40,805 nt of DNA from Bacteroidota bacterium (GCA_018828505.1 JAHJVF010000028.1:1-40805), one strand, 5' to 3'; shown: positions 1 to 9,126, numbered from the stretch's first letter. Numbers and translations: made by a program. Notes: generated from the sequence alone by a model not told the origin.

Positions 1-113
1 ATCATAGCCTGCCCATTCATAGCCTGCCCATTCATAGCCTGCCCATTCATAGCTATTTTGTGGCGGGCTATTTTGTAGCGGGCTATTTTGTGGCGGGCGT
101 TGTCTTGGCAGGC
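1..113. repeat. GC-core hairpin repeat, copy 1 (cut by the window edge): tandem 15-nt units CATAGCCTGCCCATT followed by tandem 15-nt units TATTTTGT(G/A)GCGGGC and a terminal GGCAGGC
   Basis: GCCTGCC cores read directly at 7, 22 and 37. GGCGGGC/AGCGGGC/GGCAGGC cores at 62, 77, 92 and 107. All are spaced 15 nt apart, and the left and right cores are complementary apart from one G-T/U position. Confidence 0.85.
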
Positions 114-328
114 GAGAATTAACGTGGCGGGCAGGTCGGGACGTATCGGCCTTCGGCAATCCCGCCAAAGGCGCATATGCGTCAACTTAAGGAAAAGATT
201 TTGTTTTTTAATTATAAATAGCCCCAACTTTTGGCATTGCCATTCCTTCGGAATAAGTTGGGGAAAGGATAATCTTCCCAAAACCTTGGGCTTTAGCCCA
301 AATATTCTATTTTTACCAGCCACATCAT

Positions 329-408
329 TCCTGCCCCTTCATAGCCTGCCCATTCATAGCTATTTTGTAGCGGGCTATTTTGTGGCGGGCGTTGTCTTGG
401 CAGGTTGG
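329..408. repeat. GC-core hairpin repeat, copy 2 (CCTGCCCC TTCATAGCCTGCCC ATTCATAGC TATTTTGTAGCGGGC TATTTTGTGGCGGGC GTTGTCTTGGCAGGTTGG)
   Basis: Near-identical to copies 1 and 3, with a different number of 15-nt units. Confidence 0.85.
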
Positions 409-523
409 TAAACAGGCGGGGTTGAAATAATAACCATGCATCATAACTCTCGACCTTGAAGGATTACACAGCTTAAACGTCATTTACAACCTTCAAGGTC
501 ACTCCCATAAATAAACCTTGAGG

Positions 524-596
524 GCTGCCTCACCTGCCCCTTCATAGCCTGCCCATTCATAGCTATTTTGTGGCGGGCGTTATCTTGGCAGGTTGG
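524..596. repeat. GC-core hairpin repeat, copy 3
   Basis: Contains CACCTGCCCCTTCATAGCCTGCCCATTCATAGCTATTTTGTGGCGGGCGTTATCTTGGCAGGTTGG, which matches copy 2 almost base for base. Confidence 0.85.
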
Positions 597-739
597 ACTA
601 AAGTCCTCTTTCGGGGGAGTGAATATTAGTCCCCTACATGCCTGCCCGCCAATCCAGATTACGTGAGGCAGGCGGGAATGTCGGGGCAATTCAAGCAAAA
701 TTATAGTTAAGTTGACGCCAATGCGCCAAAGGCGGGACT

Positions 740-759
740 TTCCGAAGGATCCTTCGGAA
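740..759. repeat. Perfect 20-nt palindrome TTCCGAAGGATCCTTCGGAA (CCGAAGG/CCTTCGG hairpin family)
   Basis: The sequence is self-complementary. The same CCGAAGG...CCTTCGG arms recur at 4358-4396 and 20567-20593. Confidence 0.8.
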
Positions 760-779
760 ATGAACTTTTTGGGTTAAAC

Positions 780-1553
780 TTAAACGAAAAGATTCCAGAG
801 TATATAATCGAGTATTAAGATAATAGCAGCAGAAAGAACAAAAGACCGAATAGTTGAAAGTCCGACTCCCTCAGCTCCTCCTTCTGTTTTGAAGCCGATA
901 TGACAACCGATTAGCGCGGTCATCGCTCCGAAGAAAGTTGCTTTAACCAATCCAAAAACAAAATCGCCAAAAGCGAAAAAGTTTCTCACAGATTCAAAAA
1001 ATACATTGAATGAAATCCCAAGAGAGAAATTACATACAAAGTAAGCACCGCAGACAGCAATTACATCAGCAAAGATCACAAGCAGCGGGATCATAATTAA
1101 AGAAGCTAAATATCTTGGCATTGCTAAATATCGCACCGGATTGATCGACATTGTTTCGAGCGCATCGATCTGTTCGGTAACTTTCATTGTTCCAAGCTCG
1201 GCAGCAATTGACGCACCAACTCGACCGGCTATTACAATTCCCGTTAATACCGGACCTAACTCGGTGATCACAGCACGAACAGTTGCTCCACCGATAAATG
1301 AAAGTGGTGCAAGCCCCTTTAATTGATAAGCAGCCTGCCATGCAGAAACCGCTCCGGTAAAAATTGCGATTATTACAACTAATGGCAGAGAATTAACCCC
1401 AATGTGTTCCATCTGTTTGAGAATTAATTTTCGGTCGCGAAAAACTCTCACCATGCTTATATGAATCTTAAAAAAGAGCGTGCTGATCTCCCCAAATTCG
1501 TTTAGGAAAGAAAGAGTTTTTGAACCGATTTTATCTAGTATAAAAGCTAACAA
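780..1553 (-). CDS. mlaE: MlaE/YrbE-family ABC transporter permease (lipid asymmetry maintenance type)
   Basis: 257 aa with multiple TM segments. Carries the conserved block LGPVLTGIVIAGRVGASIAAELGTMKVTEQIDALETMSINPVRYLAMPR typical of MlaE. TTG start with GGAG 8 nt upstream. Confidence 0.85.
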   Translation of the reverse strand: MLAFILDKIGSKTLSFLNEFGEISTLFFKIHISMVRVFRDRKLILKQMEHIGVNSLPLVVIIAIFTGAVSAWQAAYQLKGLAPLSFIGGATVRAVITELGPVLTGIVIAGRVGASIAAELGTMKVTEQIDALETMSINPVRYLAMPRYLASLIMIPLLVIFADVIAVCGAYFVCNFSLGISFNVFFESVRNFFAFGDFVFGLVKATFFGAMTALIGCHIGFKTEGGAEGVGLSTIRSFVLSAAIILILDYILWNLFV

Positions 1554-1664
1554 GAATTAAGCTCCAAATTCCAAAACCTAAAAGATAAAATTAAATGTCC
1601 TAAAGAAATACTAACCAAAGATATTTGAATCCGTCAGCTGACGGATTTTGTAGAGCGAATCGTA

Positions 1665-1739
1665 AGAAATGACATCCGCCAATGGTTCGACTCCCAAAGG
1701 GACAAGCAAGCTCACCACAGGTTGGCGGATGTCATTTCT
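1665..1739. repeat. Long hairpin / MITE-like element: 18-bp perfect arms AGAAATGACATCCGCCAA / TTGGCGGATGTCATTTCT with a 39-nt loop
   Basis: Arms read directly at 1665-1682 and 1722-1739. Lies 10 nt downstream of the stop of the 1750-2649 gene. A separate perfect palindrome AATCCGTCAGCTGACGGATT sits at 1628-1647. Confidence 0.75.
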
Positions 1740-1749
1740 CATAGAATGT

Positions 1750-2649
1750 TTAATTATTTCCATCAATATCGCGGGCTTTACGGTAATAATCTTCAGCGAA
1801 TTTGAAATTGCCTAATTGTTCATGGCAGTAAGCTAACCGGCGATAAGTTTCTGAGTTTACTTCATCCTTTAAGGATTTCAGGTAATACCAAATCGCTGTC
1901 GAATGCTCTCCCATGCTTTCATACGAAAGTCCGATGTTGAAATTTGTCGGAGGTTTTTCATAAACAAAAAAGTTTGGAACGGAATAATTCTTAACCTCAG
2001 GTGATTCGAGAATCGGCTTTAAGCTATTGATCTGCGTTGCAAAATTTATATCTTCATTCATGTAACTTCTTGAAGATACCAGCCCTATGACTTCAGTATT
2101 TTCATTCAAGAGTGGACTGCCGATCATTCCGGGCCAACTCATTCCTGTGAATTGAAAGAATACTTTTCCTGCACCGAAATCTCTTTTACCGCTGATCATT
2201 CCTTCCGAAAACGATCTTTCAAAACCTTTTGGATTTCCGATTGTGAAAATCCTATCGCCAACTTTCATATTATCAGAATTGCCGACAGGAAGAAAAGGCA
2301 TATTATTGCCGTCAACTTTATAAACGATTAAATCCCTTCTTCGATCTATTTTGTACAACGCACTTGGTGCGAATTCTATATCATTCACTTTGATCTTTAT
2401 ATAAGTCCCTCCGTTAACGAGACTATGAGCAGTCACGATTTGTCCATCCGGTGTATAAGTGAAGCCGGCACCGATACGAAGCAAGTTTCGGTTCTCATCA
2501 TAAACATTTACGATGGCAATTGAATTTTTTGCTTTTTCAAAAATTTCATATCCCGATGGAAACTGTTGTGAATATATATTTGATGTAAGAGTTAATACAA
2601 AGACGAGGATGAGTATTTTAATTGGCGACTTCATATCGTAAGAACCCAT
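1750..2649 (-). CDS. Secreted trypsin-like (S1/S1C-type) serine peptidase with a C-terminal TPR-like tail
   Basis: Has an N-terminal signal-like segment. Putative His (IVTAHSLV), Asp (RRDLIVYKV) and Ser (WPGMIGSPLL) triad contexts are present. The C-terminus has TPR-like YY..LG..AE.YY repeats. The start could instead be the internal ATG at 2634. Confidence 0.7.
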   Translation of the reverse strand: MGSYDMKSPIKILILVFVLTLTSNIYSQQFPSGYEIFEKAKNSIAIVNVYDENRNLLRIGAGFTYTPDGQIVTAHSLVNGGTYIKIKVNDIEFAPSALYKIDRRRDLIVYKVDGNNMPFLPVGNSDNMKVGDRIFTIGNPKGFERSFSEGMISGKRDFGAGKVFFQFTGMSWPGMIGSPLLNENTEVIGLVSSRSYMNEDINFATQINSLKPILESPEVKNYSVPNFFVYEKPPTNFNIGLSYESMGEHSTAIWYYLKSLKDEVNSETYRRLAYCHEQLGNFKFAEDYYRKARDIDGNN

Positions 2650-2858
2650 TTTGTTAAAATTTCATTAAAATAACGGCAGGAAATTAACTATAAATAAAAG
2701 GATTTTCAACAATTTATATTCGTTATTTTCGAGCCCGTTTTCTTAGTCTAAGTTCAAACTTATCAGAATTAACGGCACATTAAAAATCTTCATTCGAGTT
2801 GATAAAGATTTTATCTTTGTAACAAAATTTGTAATTGATAATTAATCAGGTAAAATTC

Positions 2859-4325
2859 ATGAACGAGTGGAAATGGTCAATTAAGAATGAAGGATTTCTT
2901 CAGAGATCAATTGAACGATGCAGAAAGCAAAAGATAATTCTTCCAACTTTCAAACAGCTAAAAGAACCCGGTACGGTCCCGAAATCAATTCAATCCCAGC
3001 TCGGAAAGATCGGAATGGAAGAGCTTCATCCACTGAATCTTTTCAGGATAAATTGGAGGAACGATCCGTCAAGCGGAGAGATTGGTGGTATAAACTATCT
3101 GGAAATTCCAAAAGAGATTACCGGTGTAAAAGCGCGAATAATTGGACTTGTAGGAAAATTTTTCCCAACGGGCGCTCACAAAGTAGGTGCGACTTATGGT
3201 TGTCTAGTTCCTTATTTAGTAACTGGCAGATTTAATCCCGATTATCATAAAGCAGTTTGGCCATCGACGGGTAATTACTGCCGCGGTGGCGCATTCAATT
3301 CCGCTTTGCTCGGCGTACATGCAGTTGCAATTCTTCCTGAAGAAATGAGCAAAGAAAGATTTGAGTGGCTAAAAAAAATCGGATCGGAAGTTTATGCCAC
3401 TCCCGGATGCGAAAGCAACGTGAAAGAAATTTACGATAAATGCCATGAGCTTGAAGCACAAAGTGATGAATATTTGATCTTCAATCAATTCGATCAATTT
3501 GGAAATGCAATCTGGCACTATGAAGTTACGGGTTCAACAATAGAAACATTATTTTATCAGATTAAAACTAAGAATCAGCGCTTAAGCGGGTATGTTAGCG
3601 CCACCGGCTCTGCCGGAACGATTGGTGCTGGAGATTACCTGCGTGAAAAATTTCCATCGATAAAGATTACTGCTTCAGAAGCATTGCAGTGTCCGACTCT
3701 TCTCATGAATGGATATGGTGCCCACAGAATTGAAGGAATCGGCGACAAACATATCCCCTGGATTCATAATGTAAAAAATACTGATGTTGTAACAGCTATA
3801 GACGATGAAGATCCTTTGAGAATATTACGGTTATTCAATGAAGAATCCGGACGAAAATTTTTATCAAGTATCGGGCTTAGTGAAGATACACTCAAAAAAT
3901 TACCATACATGGGAATTTCATCAATAAGCAATATGATTTCAGCAATTAAGCTCGCTAAATATTATGAGTTCAATGAGAATGATGTTGTCTTCACGATTTT
4001 CACTGATTCAGTTGAGATGTACCGATCAAGACTTGAAGAGATGAACCAAGCCTTGGGGAGCTATTCCGAAAAGCAAGCCGAGATTGATTGGCACTCTGTT
4101 TTACAAAGACAAAAGATTGATTACATAAAAGAGCTTACGTATTATGATAAGAAAACAATTCATAATCTTAAGTACTTCACCTGGATTGAACAGCAAGGAA
4201 AGGATGTTGAAGAATTGAATGCTCAATGGTATGATGATAATTATTGGAAAGAAAGATTTTCGATAGTTCCCGAATGGGATAAGTTAATCGATGAGTTTAA
4301 TCGAAACGTTGGTTTGAAATTGTAA
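2859..4325 (+). CDS. Fold-type II pyridoxal-phosphate-dependent enzyme (cysteine synthase / Trp-synthase-beta superfamily, long form)
   Basis: Motifs FPTGAHKVGA (candidate PLP lysine), STGNYCRGGAF and SATGSAGTIGAG (glycine-rich phosphate loop). The ORF track starts at TTG 2835; the first ATG is at 2859. Confidence 0.65.
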   Translation: MNEWKWSIKNEGFLQRSIERCRKQKIILPTFKQLKEPGTVPKSIQSQLGKIGMEELHPLNLFRINWRNDPSSGEIGGINYLEIPKEITGVKARIIGLVGKFFPTGAHKVGATYGCLVPYLVTGRFNPDYHKAVWPSTGNYCRGGAFNSALLGVHAVAILPEEMSKERFEWLKKIGSEVYATPGCESNVKEIYDKCHELEAQSDEYLIFNQFDQFGNAIWHYEVTGSTIETLFYQIKTKNQRLSGYVSATGSAGTIGAGDYLREKFPSIKITASEALQCPTLLMNGYGAHRIEGIGDKHIPWIHNVKNTDVVTAIDDEDPLRILRLFNEESGRKFLSSIGLSEDTLKKLPYMGISSISNMISAIKLAKYYEFNENDVVFTIFTDSVEMYRSRLEEMNQALGSYSEKQAEIDWHSVLQRQKIDYIKELTYYDKKTIHNLKYFTWIEQQGKDVEELNAQWYDDNYWKERFSIVPEWDKLIDEFNRNVGLKL

Positions 4326-4330
4326 AGAAT

Positions 4331-4423
4331 GGGAACGCGGATTTTTATGATCGTTAAGTCCGAAGGACTCCCCAATGGGGTCTTCGACCTTCGGACATAA
4401 TAATCTTAAATAATCCGTGTCCC
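4331..4423. repeat. Nested hairpin element downstream of the PLP enzyme gene (possible terminator)
   Basis: Outer imperfect arms GGGAACGCGGATT / AATCCGTGTCCC. Middle perfect 9-bp arms GTCCGAAGG / CCTTCGGAC at 4358-4366 and 4388-4396. Inner CCCCAATGGGG at 4370-4380. Confidence 0.7.
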
Positions 4424-4456
4424 TATTACATAAACCGGCATTGCCGGAACCAAGAA

Positions 4457-4471
4457 GTTATGGCTCATTTA
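4457..4471. repeat. Left arm of a 15-bp imperfect inverted repeat bracketing the toxin-antitoxin cassette (GTTATGGCTCATTTA)
   Basis: The reverse complement of 5057-5071 is GTTATGGCTCGTTTA, matching at 14 of 15 positions. Confidence 0.55.
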
Positions 4472-4512
4472 AAAACAATAACGCTTGACAAACAATTTCG
4501 TATGTTTAGACT

Positions 4513-4725
4513 ATGAAAACAAACGACATCATAAAAGAAATTACACGGCTGCCAATCAACAGAAGAATTTTTATTGTTGAGCAGACACTTAAATATATTC
4601 GTGTAAAAGAAGAAAAAAATAACATTAAAAAGGCGGTTAATGCTCTGCTTAATGATTATTCCACCGACAAAAAACTAACCGAATTTACAGACATTGACTT
4701 TGAAGAATTTTATGAAGCAAGGTGA
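4513..4725 (+). CDS. Putative antitoxin of a MazEF/PemIK-type type II TA pair (family not recognised)
   Basis: 70-aa ORF immediately upstream of a MazF/PemK-like gene, overlapping it by 14 nt. Confidence 0.6.
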   Translation: MKTNDIIKEITRLPINRRIFIVEQTLKYIRVKEEKNNIKKAVNALLNDYSTDKKLTEFTDIDFEEFYEAR

Positions 4726-5053
4726 AATATGGTTGATAAATCTTGACCCGACTATTGGGGCAGAAATCAAAAAAACCGGACCAGCAATAATCGTTAACGA
4801 CAATCGTATTGGCAAACTTCCTCTCAAAGTAATTGTTCCTCTCACCGATTGGAAAAACCAATACACAGCTGCACCTTGGATGGTAAGAATTGACCCAGAC
4901 AACAAGAATAATTTACAGAAATCATCTTCGGCTGACTGTTTTCAAGTTCGCTCTATTTCTGAATTACGATTTGTAAAAAAGTGGGGGACAATAGACAGAG
5001 ACAAACTTGAAGAAATTAAAACGGCATTAGCCATCGTGTTGACAATTGAGTAA
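4712..5053 (+). CDS. mazF: MazF/PemK-family type II toxin (mRNA interferase)
   Basis: N-terminal MKQGEIWLINLDPTIGAEIKKTGPAIIVNDN is the canonical PemK/MazF signature. ATG 4712 overlaps the antitoxin stop; the ORF track begins at an upstream TTG at 4694. Confidence 0.85.
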   Translation: MKQGEIWLINLDPTIGAEIKKTGPAIIVNDNRIGKLPLKVIVPLTDWKNQYTAAPWMVRIDPDNKNNLQKSSSADCFQVRSISELRFVKKWGTIDRDKLEEIKTALAIVLTIE

Positions 5054-5056
5054 AAA

Positions 5057-5071
5057 TAAACGAGCCATAAC
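5057..5071. repeat. Right arm of the 15-bp inverted repeat bracketing the TA cassette
   Basis: See 4457-4471. Confidence 0.55.
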
Positions 5072-5072
5072 A

Positions 5073-5184
5073 GCAGGTTTGCGTGAGCGGGGGCTGACAT
5101 TTAAACGGAAAGTGATTGCAAATAATTTACCTTTGTGCTGTGGGACAGTGAAGCGGTTTTAATTCCCCGCCCACGCAAACCTGC
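5073..5184. repeat. Long hairpin / MITE-like element: 20-bp arms GCAGGTTTGCGTGAGCGGGG / CCCCGCCCACGCAAACCTGC with a 72-nt loop
   Basis: Arms read directly at 5073-5092 and 5165-5184. They contain a single A-C mismatch on the plus strand, which would be a G-U pair on the minus strand. Confidence 0.75.
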
Positions 5185-5343
5185 GGAACGATTGTTTTTG
5201 AATATCGAACATTAGAGCATTCGAATTTCGAATTGAAAAACCTTCGATGTTCCTTGTTCAGTGTTCAAAATTTATACTAAAATATTTTTACCATTTTGCA
5301 CAAAATTTAACGACTAAGAGAATAATAGTAACTCTGAAAATTT

Positions 5344-6693
5344 ATGATAAAAAAGCAGAATAAAATAAAAATCACAAACGCATGGCTTTGCCAGGTAAAG
5401 GATAAATCTGTTATCCCGATTTTTGCCGATGTAGTGATTGTCGATGGAAAAATTAAAGAAATCCTTCAGCAAGATTTTAGTGAGTTCATCTCGGAAAAAA
5501 AAATCTCTGACGAAAAATCTATTGATGCGGGGGGAAGAGTTGTTACAATTCCAAACGTAAATTTTCACGATCATTTTTATTCACGGCTTGCAAAAGGATT
5601 AAACGTTACAGGCGATACAAGTAATTTTTATAGCATTTTAAAAAACCTCTGGTGGAAGCTTGACCTTGCACTCGATCTTGAAATGGTAAATGCTTCTGCT
5701 CAAATGGCAGCAGCTGAATCGATTCGGAAAGGTGTAACATATATTTTCGATCATCACGCATCCCCGAGTTTTACACGCGGCAGTCTTGAAACGATCGCGA
5801 AAGTTCTAAAAGAATTTGATCTTCGGGGAGTATTGTGTTTTGAAGTTTCAAATCGAAATGGGAGTGAACTAACCCGGCAGGCACTTGAGGAGAACGAAAC
5901 TTTCTTCAAGGAATTTCAAACAGAGGGCATTAAAGCACTTTACGGATTACATGCATCATTCACACTTGAGGACGAGACGTTAAAATCCGTTTCCAAATTC
6001 ATCGATGAATTCAAATGCGGAATTCACATTCATCTCTGCGAAGATAAAGCTGATAAAGAATTGAGTCTTAAAAATTATAAAAAGAATCCTGCACAGAGAT
6101 TGGTCGATCATGGATTGTTAAACGAAAAGAGTATTTTAGTGCACGGAATTCATCTTGATGAGAATGATTATAATCTCATTTCGGAATTTAAAAGTGCGAT
6201 AGTCTATAATCCTGATTCAAATCTCAATAATTCAGTCGGTATTCCAAATTACGAACTTGTTCCAAAGTCGATTCCAATTCTTTGTGGTACCGACGGAATG
6301 CATGCTGATCCTGTAAATTCATTTAAGAAGTTATTTCTTCTTCACCGTCATCAAGGAAACTCATACGCAAAGAGTTTCGATTGGATTAAAAAAATATATT
6401 TCGATCAAATAAATTTTGTACAAAGATTTTTCCCGGATTTTACGACACTCCAAATTGGTGATCGTGCAGATTTTGTAATATGGGATTATGTTCCACCCGC
6501 ACCATTTTACTCGGAAAATTTCTTTGGTCACTGGATTTATGGAATTACAGAACGATCTATCCATTCAGTCATGCAAAAAGGAAAGTTTTTAATGAGGGAT
6601 TTTGAAATTCAAGAAATTGATGAAGTTACTCTTAACAAAGAAATTTATGCGCAGGGAACAAGACTCTCAGAAAAATTCATGAATTTAGCCTAA
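5344..6693 (+). CDS. ssnA: SsnA-type amidohydrolase (putative aminohydrolase of selenium-dependent molybdenum hydroxylase clusters)
   Basis: 449-aa metal-dependent hydrolase fold with the NFHDHFY HxH motif near the N-terminus, HHASP, and a later GTDGMHAD. Sits directly upstream of the xdh-like genes, as in the E. coli ssnA-ygfM-xdhD arrangement. Confidence 0.75.
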   Translation: MIKKQNKIKITNAWLCQVKDKSVIPIFADVVIVDGKIKEILQQDFSEFISEKKISDEKSIDAGGRVVTIPNVNFHDHFYSRLAKGLNVTGDTSNFYSILKNLWWKLDLALDLEMVNASAQMAAAESIRKGVTYIFDHHASPSFTRGSLETIAKVLKEFDLRGVLCFEVSNRNGSELTRQALEENETFFKEFQTEGIKALYGLHASFTLEDETLKSVSKFIDEFKCGIHIHLCEDKADKELSLKNYKKNPAQRLVDHGLLNEKSILVHGIHLDENDYNLISEFKSAIVYNPDSNLNNSVGIPNYELVPKSIPILCGTDGMHADPVNSFKKLFLLHRHQGNSYAKSFDWIKKIYFDQINFVQRFFPDFTTLQIGDRADFVIWDYVPPAPFYSENFFGHWIYGITERSIHSVMQKGKFLMRDFEIQEIDEVTLNKEIYAQGTRLSEKFMNLA

Positions 6694-6720
6694 AGTAGAT
6701 TATTATTATTTTATACCTAA

Positions 6721-9126
6721 ATGAAAGTACAATTTAATACAGTCGGCAAGCCAGTGGTACGTCAGGATGCGTATGCAAAAGTAATCGGTGAAGCAAAATT
6801 TGCTGACGATCATAAATTCGCCGGAATGTTATATGGAGTTATGGTTCGCGTTTCAACCACACACGCTATAATTAAATCAATCGATTATTCAGCAATCGAA
6901 AATAATCCAACGTTAGTAACCATCTGCGATTCCAATGATATTCCAGGAGAAAAGATTGCCGGTTTAGTAAAAAAAGATCAACCGATTTTTAGTTTTGAAA
7001 AAATTGTAACTCCCGGTGACGTTATCGCAATATTAGTCGGTGAATCTGCAGAAGCACTTTATCCACTGACAAAAAAAATAAAAATCGAATACGATAATCT
7101 TCCAATTCTTTCCGATCCATTAAAAGCACTCGATAAAGAAGCACCTTTGATCCATCCGGGGTTCGGTACAAATTTAATCGTGCACTATCCACTCCGAAAA
7201 GGAAACATCGAAAAAGGATTTGAAGAGAGCGAATTTATACTTGAAGAAATTTATACAACTCCAAACGTTGAGCATGCGTACATCGAACCTGAATGCGTAA
7301 TCGCAATTCCTTTGGAAGCTGATAAAGGAGTTCATATAATTGGCAGCATCCAAAATCCATTTACCGCACGAAGAATTGTTGCACAGACTTTAAATCTTCC
7401 ATTGAATAAAGTACGAATCGAGCAGGCGGAACTCGGCGGTTCATTTGGCGGAAAAGACGATACGATGTGTGTCCTTTCAGCGCGTGCCGCAGTTGCTGCA
7501 TTGAAAACAAAGCGTCCGATTAAGATTCGATACACGCGTGAAGAATCAATTTTAGAATCGTACAAACGTCATCCTTATGTGATGAAATACAAAGTTGGTT
7601 ACAATCGCGATGGAAAAATCAAATCAATAAAAATTGATATAACTGCTGATGGCGGAGCTTATGCGTCGTTGAGTCCCTTTGTAACCTGGCGAAGCGTTGT
7701 TCAGGCAACCGGTCCGTACGAAGTTGAAAATGTCTGGACAGATGTTCGAGCAGTATATACAAATAATCCTTACACGGGTGCTATGCGTGGTTTCGGATCG
7801 CCGCAAATTATTTTTGCACAGGAATCGATAATGGATGAAATCGCGATCAAGCTTGGAATGACTCCGGATGAAATCCGCGGGATCAATGGATATCGTGCAG
7901 GTTCGATTACTTCAAGCGGACAGAAACTTGAAAACCATGATGTAAATTTTCTCACCGTACTTGGTACAGCAATAGATAAAACAAACTTTCGGGAGAAGTG
8001 GCTTAATAATAAAAAGCAAAATGAAATCAAAGTTCCTACTCATCGACTTGACAGAAATTTGAAATCTCAAGAGTTACTCCTCGAACGAGATGATTTTATT
8101 GAACCCTCACAACTTTTAAGAAAAGGAATTGGATTAGCTGTAAGTTTCCGCGGCTGTTCGCTCGGAGCCGAAGGTATTGATGCTGCTGCGGCTTATCTTT
8201 CAGTACAATTAGACGGCTCGGCTTATCTGCTCTGTGGCTTAACTGAAAACGGGCAGGGTATGAAGACGACTTTATCAATTATTGTTTCAGAGATATTGGG
8301 AATTCCGGTTGACAGAATTTATTACCTTGAACAAGATACAGCATTAATTTCCGATAGCGGTCCGACAGTTGCTTCTCGATCAACATTGATGGGTGGAAGT
8401 GCAGTTAAAAATGCTGCGGAAATAATTCGTGAGAGGTTAGAAAATCTTCTATACTTAAAATGGAATCTTCCCGCCAGTGAAAAAATTATTTTTGAAAATA
8501 ATTTTGTTTATGCTGAAACATTCCCGGATAAAAAAATGTCCATTTCCGAACTTTGTTCACTGGCGTATAGTCAGGCGATCAATTTGGCGGCACTTGGATG
8601 GTATCCCGGCCCTAAAGTTCATTGGAACGAAGAGCACGGACAAGGTCCCGCATATTTCACTTATGTTTATGGTTGCCAGGTTGCTGAGGTTACCGTTAAT
8701 CTCGGTACCGGAGAAGTTTATATTGATAAAATTACAGCAGTCCACGACCCCGGGCGTGTGATAAATATGCTCGGTGCAAAGGGACAAGTTTACGGCGGCG
8801 TTACACAAGGAGCCGGTTATGGTCTTTGGGAAGAGATAGACAAAATCGATGGTAAAATACGTGAACTGAATTTTGATCAGTACATTATTCCAACGAGCAA
8901 AGATATTGGCGAGATCGATCCTATCTTTATTGAGGGTAAAGATAATTATGGTCCTTGGGGGGCAAAATCGCTCGGTGAACCGACACTTGAATTAACTGCT
9001 GCAGCTATAAACAATGCGATTAGAAATGCGGTCGGTGAAAGATTCCGTAATCTTCCTATAAATCTTGAAGAAGTTCTTTTAAGACGAAAACTACGTCCCG
9101 AAGATTTGAAGAGGGGGAGTGCGTGA
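6721..9126 (+). CDS. Xanthine dehydrogenase family molybdopterin-binding large subunit
   Basis: 801 aa. Motifs GGSFGGKDD, TGAMRGFGSPQ, ENGQGMKTT and GAKSLGEP are typical of aldehyde oxidase/xanthine dehydrogenase a/b hammerhead plus Mo-binding domains. Confidence 0.9.
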   Translation: MKVQFNTVGKPVVRQDAYAKVIGEAKFADDHKFAGMLYGVMVRVSTTHAIIKSIDYSAIENNPTLVTICDSNDIPGEKIAGLVKKDQPIFSFEKIVTPGDVIAILVGESAEALYPLTKKIKIEYDNLPILSDPLKALDKEAPLIHPGFGTNLIVHYPLRKGNIEKGFEESEFILEEIYTTPNVEHAYIEPECVIAIPLEADKGVHIIGSIQNPFTARRIVAQTLNLPLNKVRIEQAELGGSFGGKDDTMCVLSARAAVAALKTKRPIKIRYTREESILESYKRHPYVMKYKVGYNRDGKIKSIKIDITADGGAYASLSPFVTWRSVVQATGPYEVENVWTDVRAVYTNNPYTGAMRGFGSPQIIFAQESIMDEIAIKLGMTPDEIRGINGYRAGSITSSGQKLENHDVNFLTVLGTAIDKTNFREKWLNNKKQNEIKVPTHRLDRNLKSQELLLERDDFIEPSQLLRKGIGLAVSFRGCSLGAEGIDAAAAYLSVQLDGSAYLLCGLTENGQGMKTTLSIIVSEILGIPVDRIYYLEQDTALISDSGPTVASRSTLMGGSAVKNAAEIIRERLENLLYLKWNLPASEKIIFENNFVYAETFPDKKMSISELCSLAYSQAINLAALGWYPGPKVHWNEEHGQGPAYFTYVYGCQVAEVTVNLGTGEVYIDKITAVHDPGRVINMLGAKGQVYGGVTQGAGYGLWEEIDKIDGKIRELNFDQYIIPTSKDIGEIDPIFIEGKDNYGPWGAKSLGEPTLELTAAAINNAIRNAVGERFRNLPINLEEVLLRRKLRPEDLKRGSA

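Noticed and set aside
1-113. Possible CRISPR array, because of regularly spaced 15-nt repeats
   Set aside because: The units are directly abutting with no spacers and are far shorter than CRISPR repeats. The array switches to a complementary unit half way, which is hairpin architecture. No cas genes are present in the window.
88-698. ORFs 88-411 (+) and 480-698 (-) in the ORF track
   Set aside because: They run straight through the tandem and inverted GC-core repeats. Their translations are low-complexity products of repeat units (for example HSLPIHSYFVAGYFVAGVVLAGW), and there is no start context or recognisable fold. Treated as non-coding repeat DNA.
1683-1700. GGTTCGACTCC string resembling a tRNA/tmRNA T-arm
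   Set aside because: The flanking bases do not form a T-stem. No acceptor, D or anticodon arms can be drawn, and the string lies in the loop of a long hairpin. At most it is a fossil fragment, not a tRNA gene.
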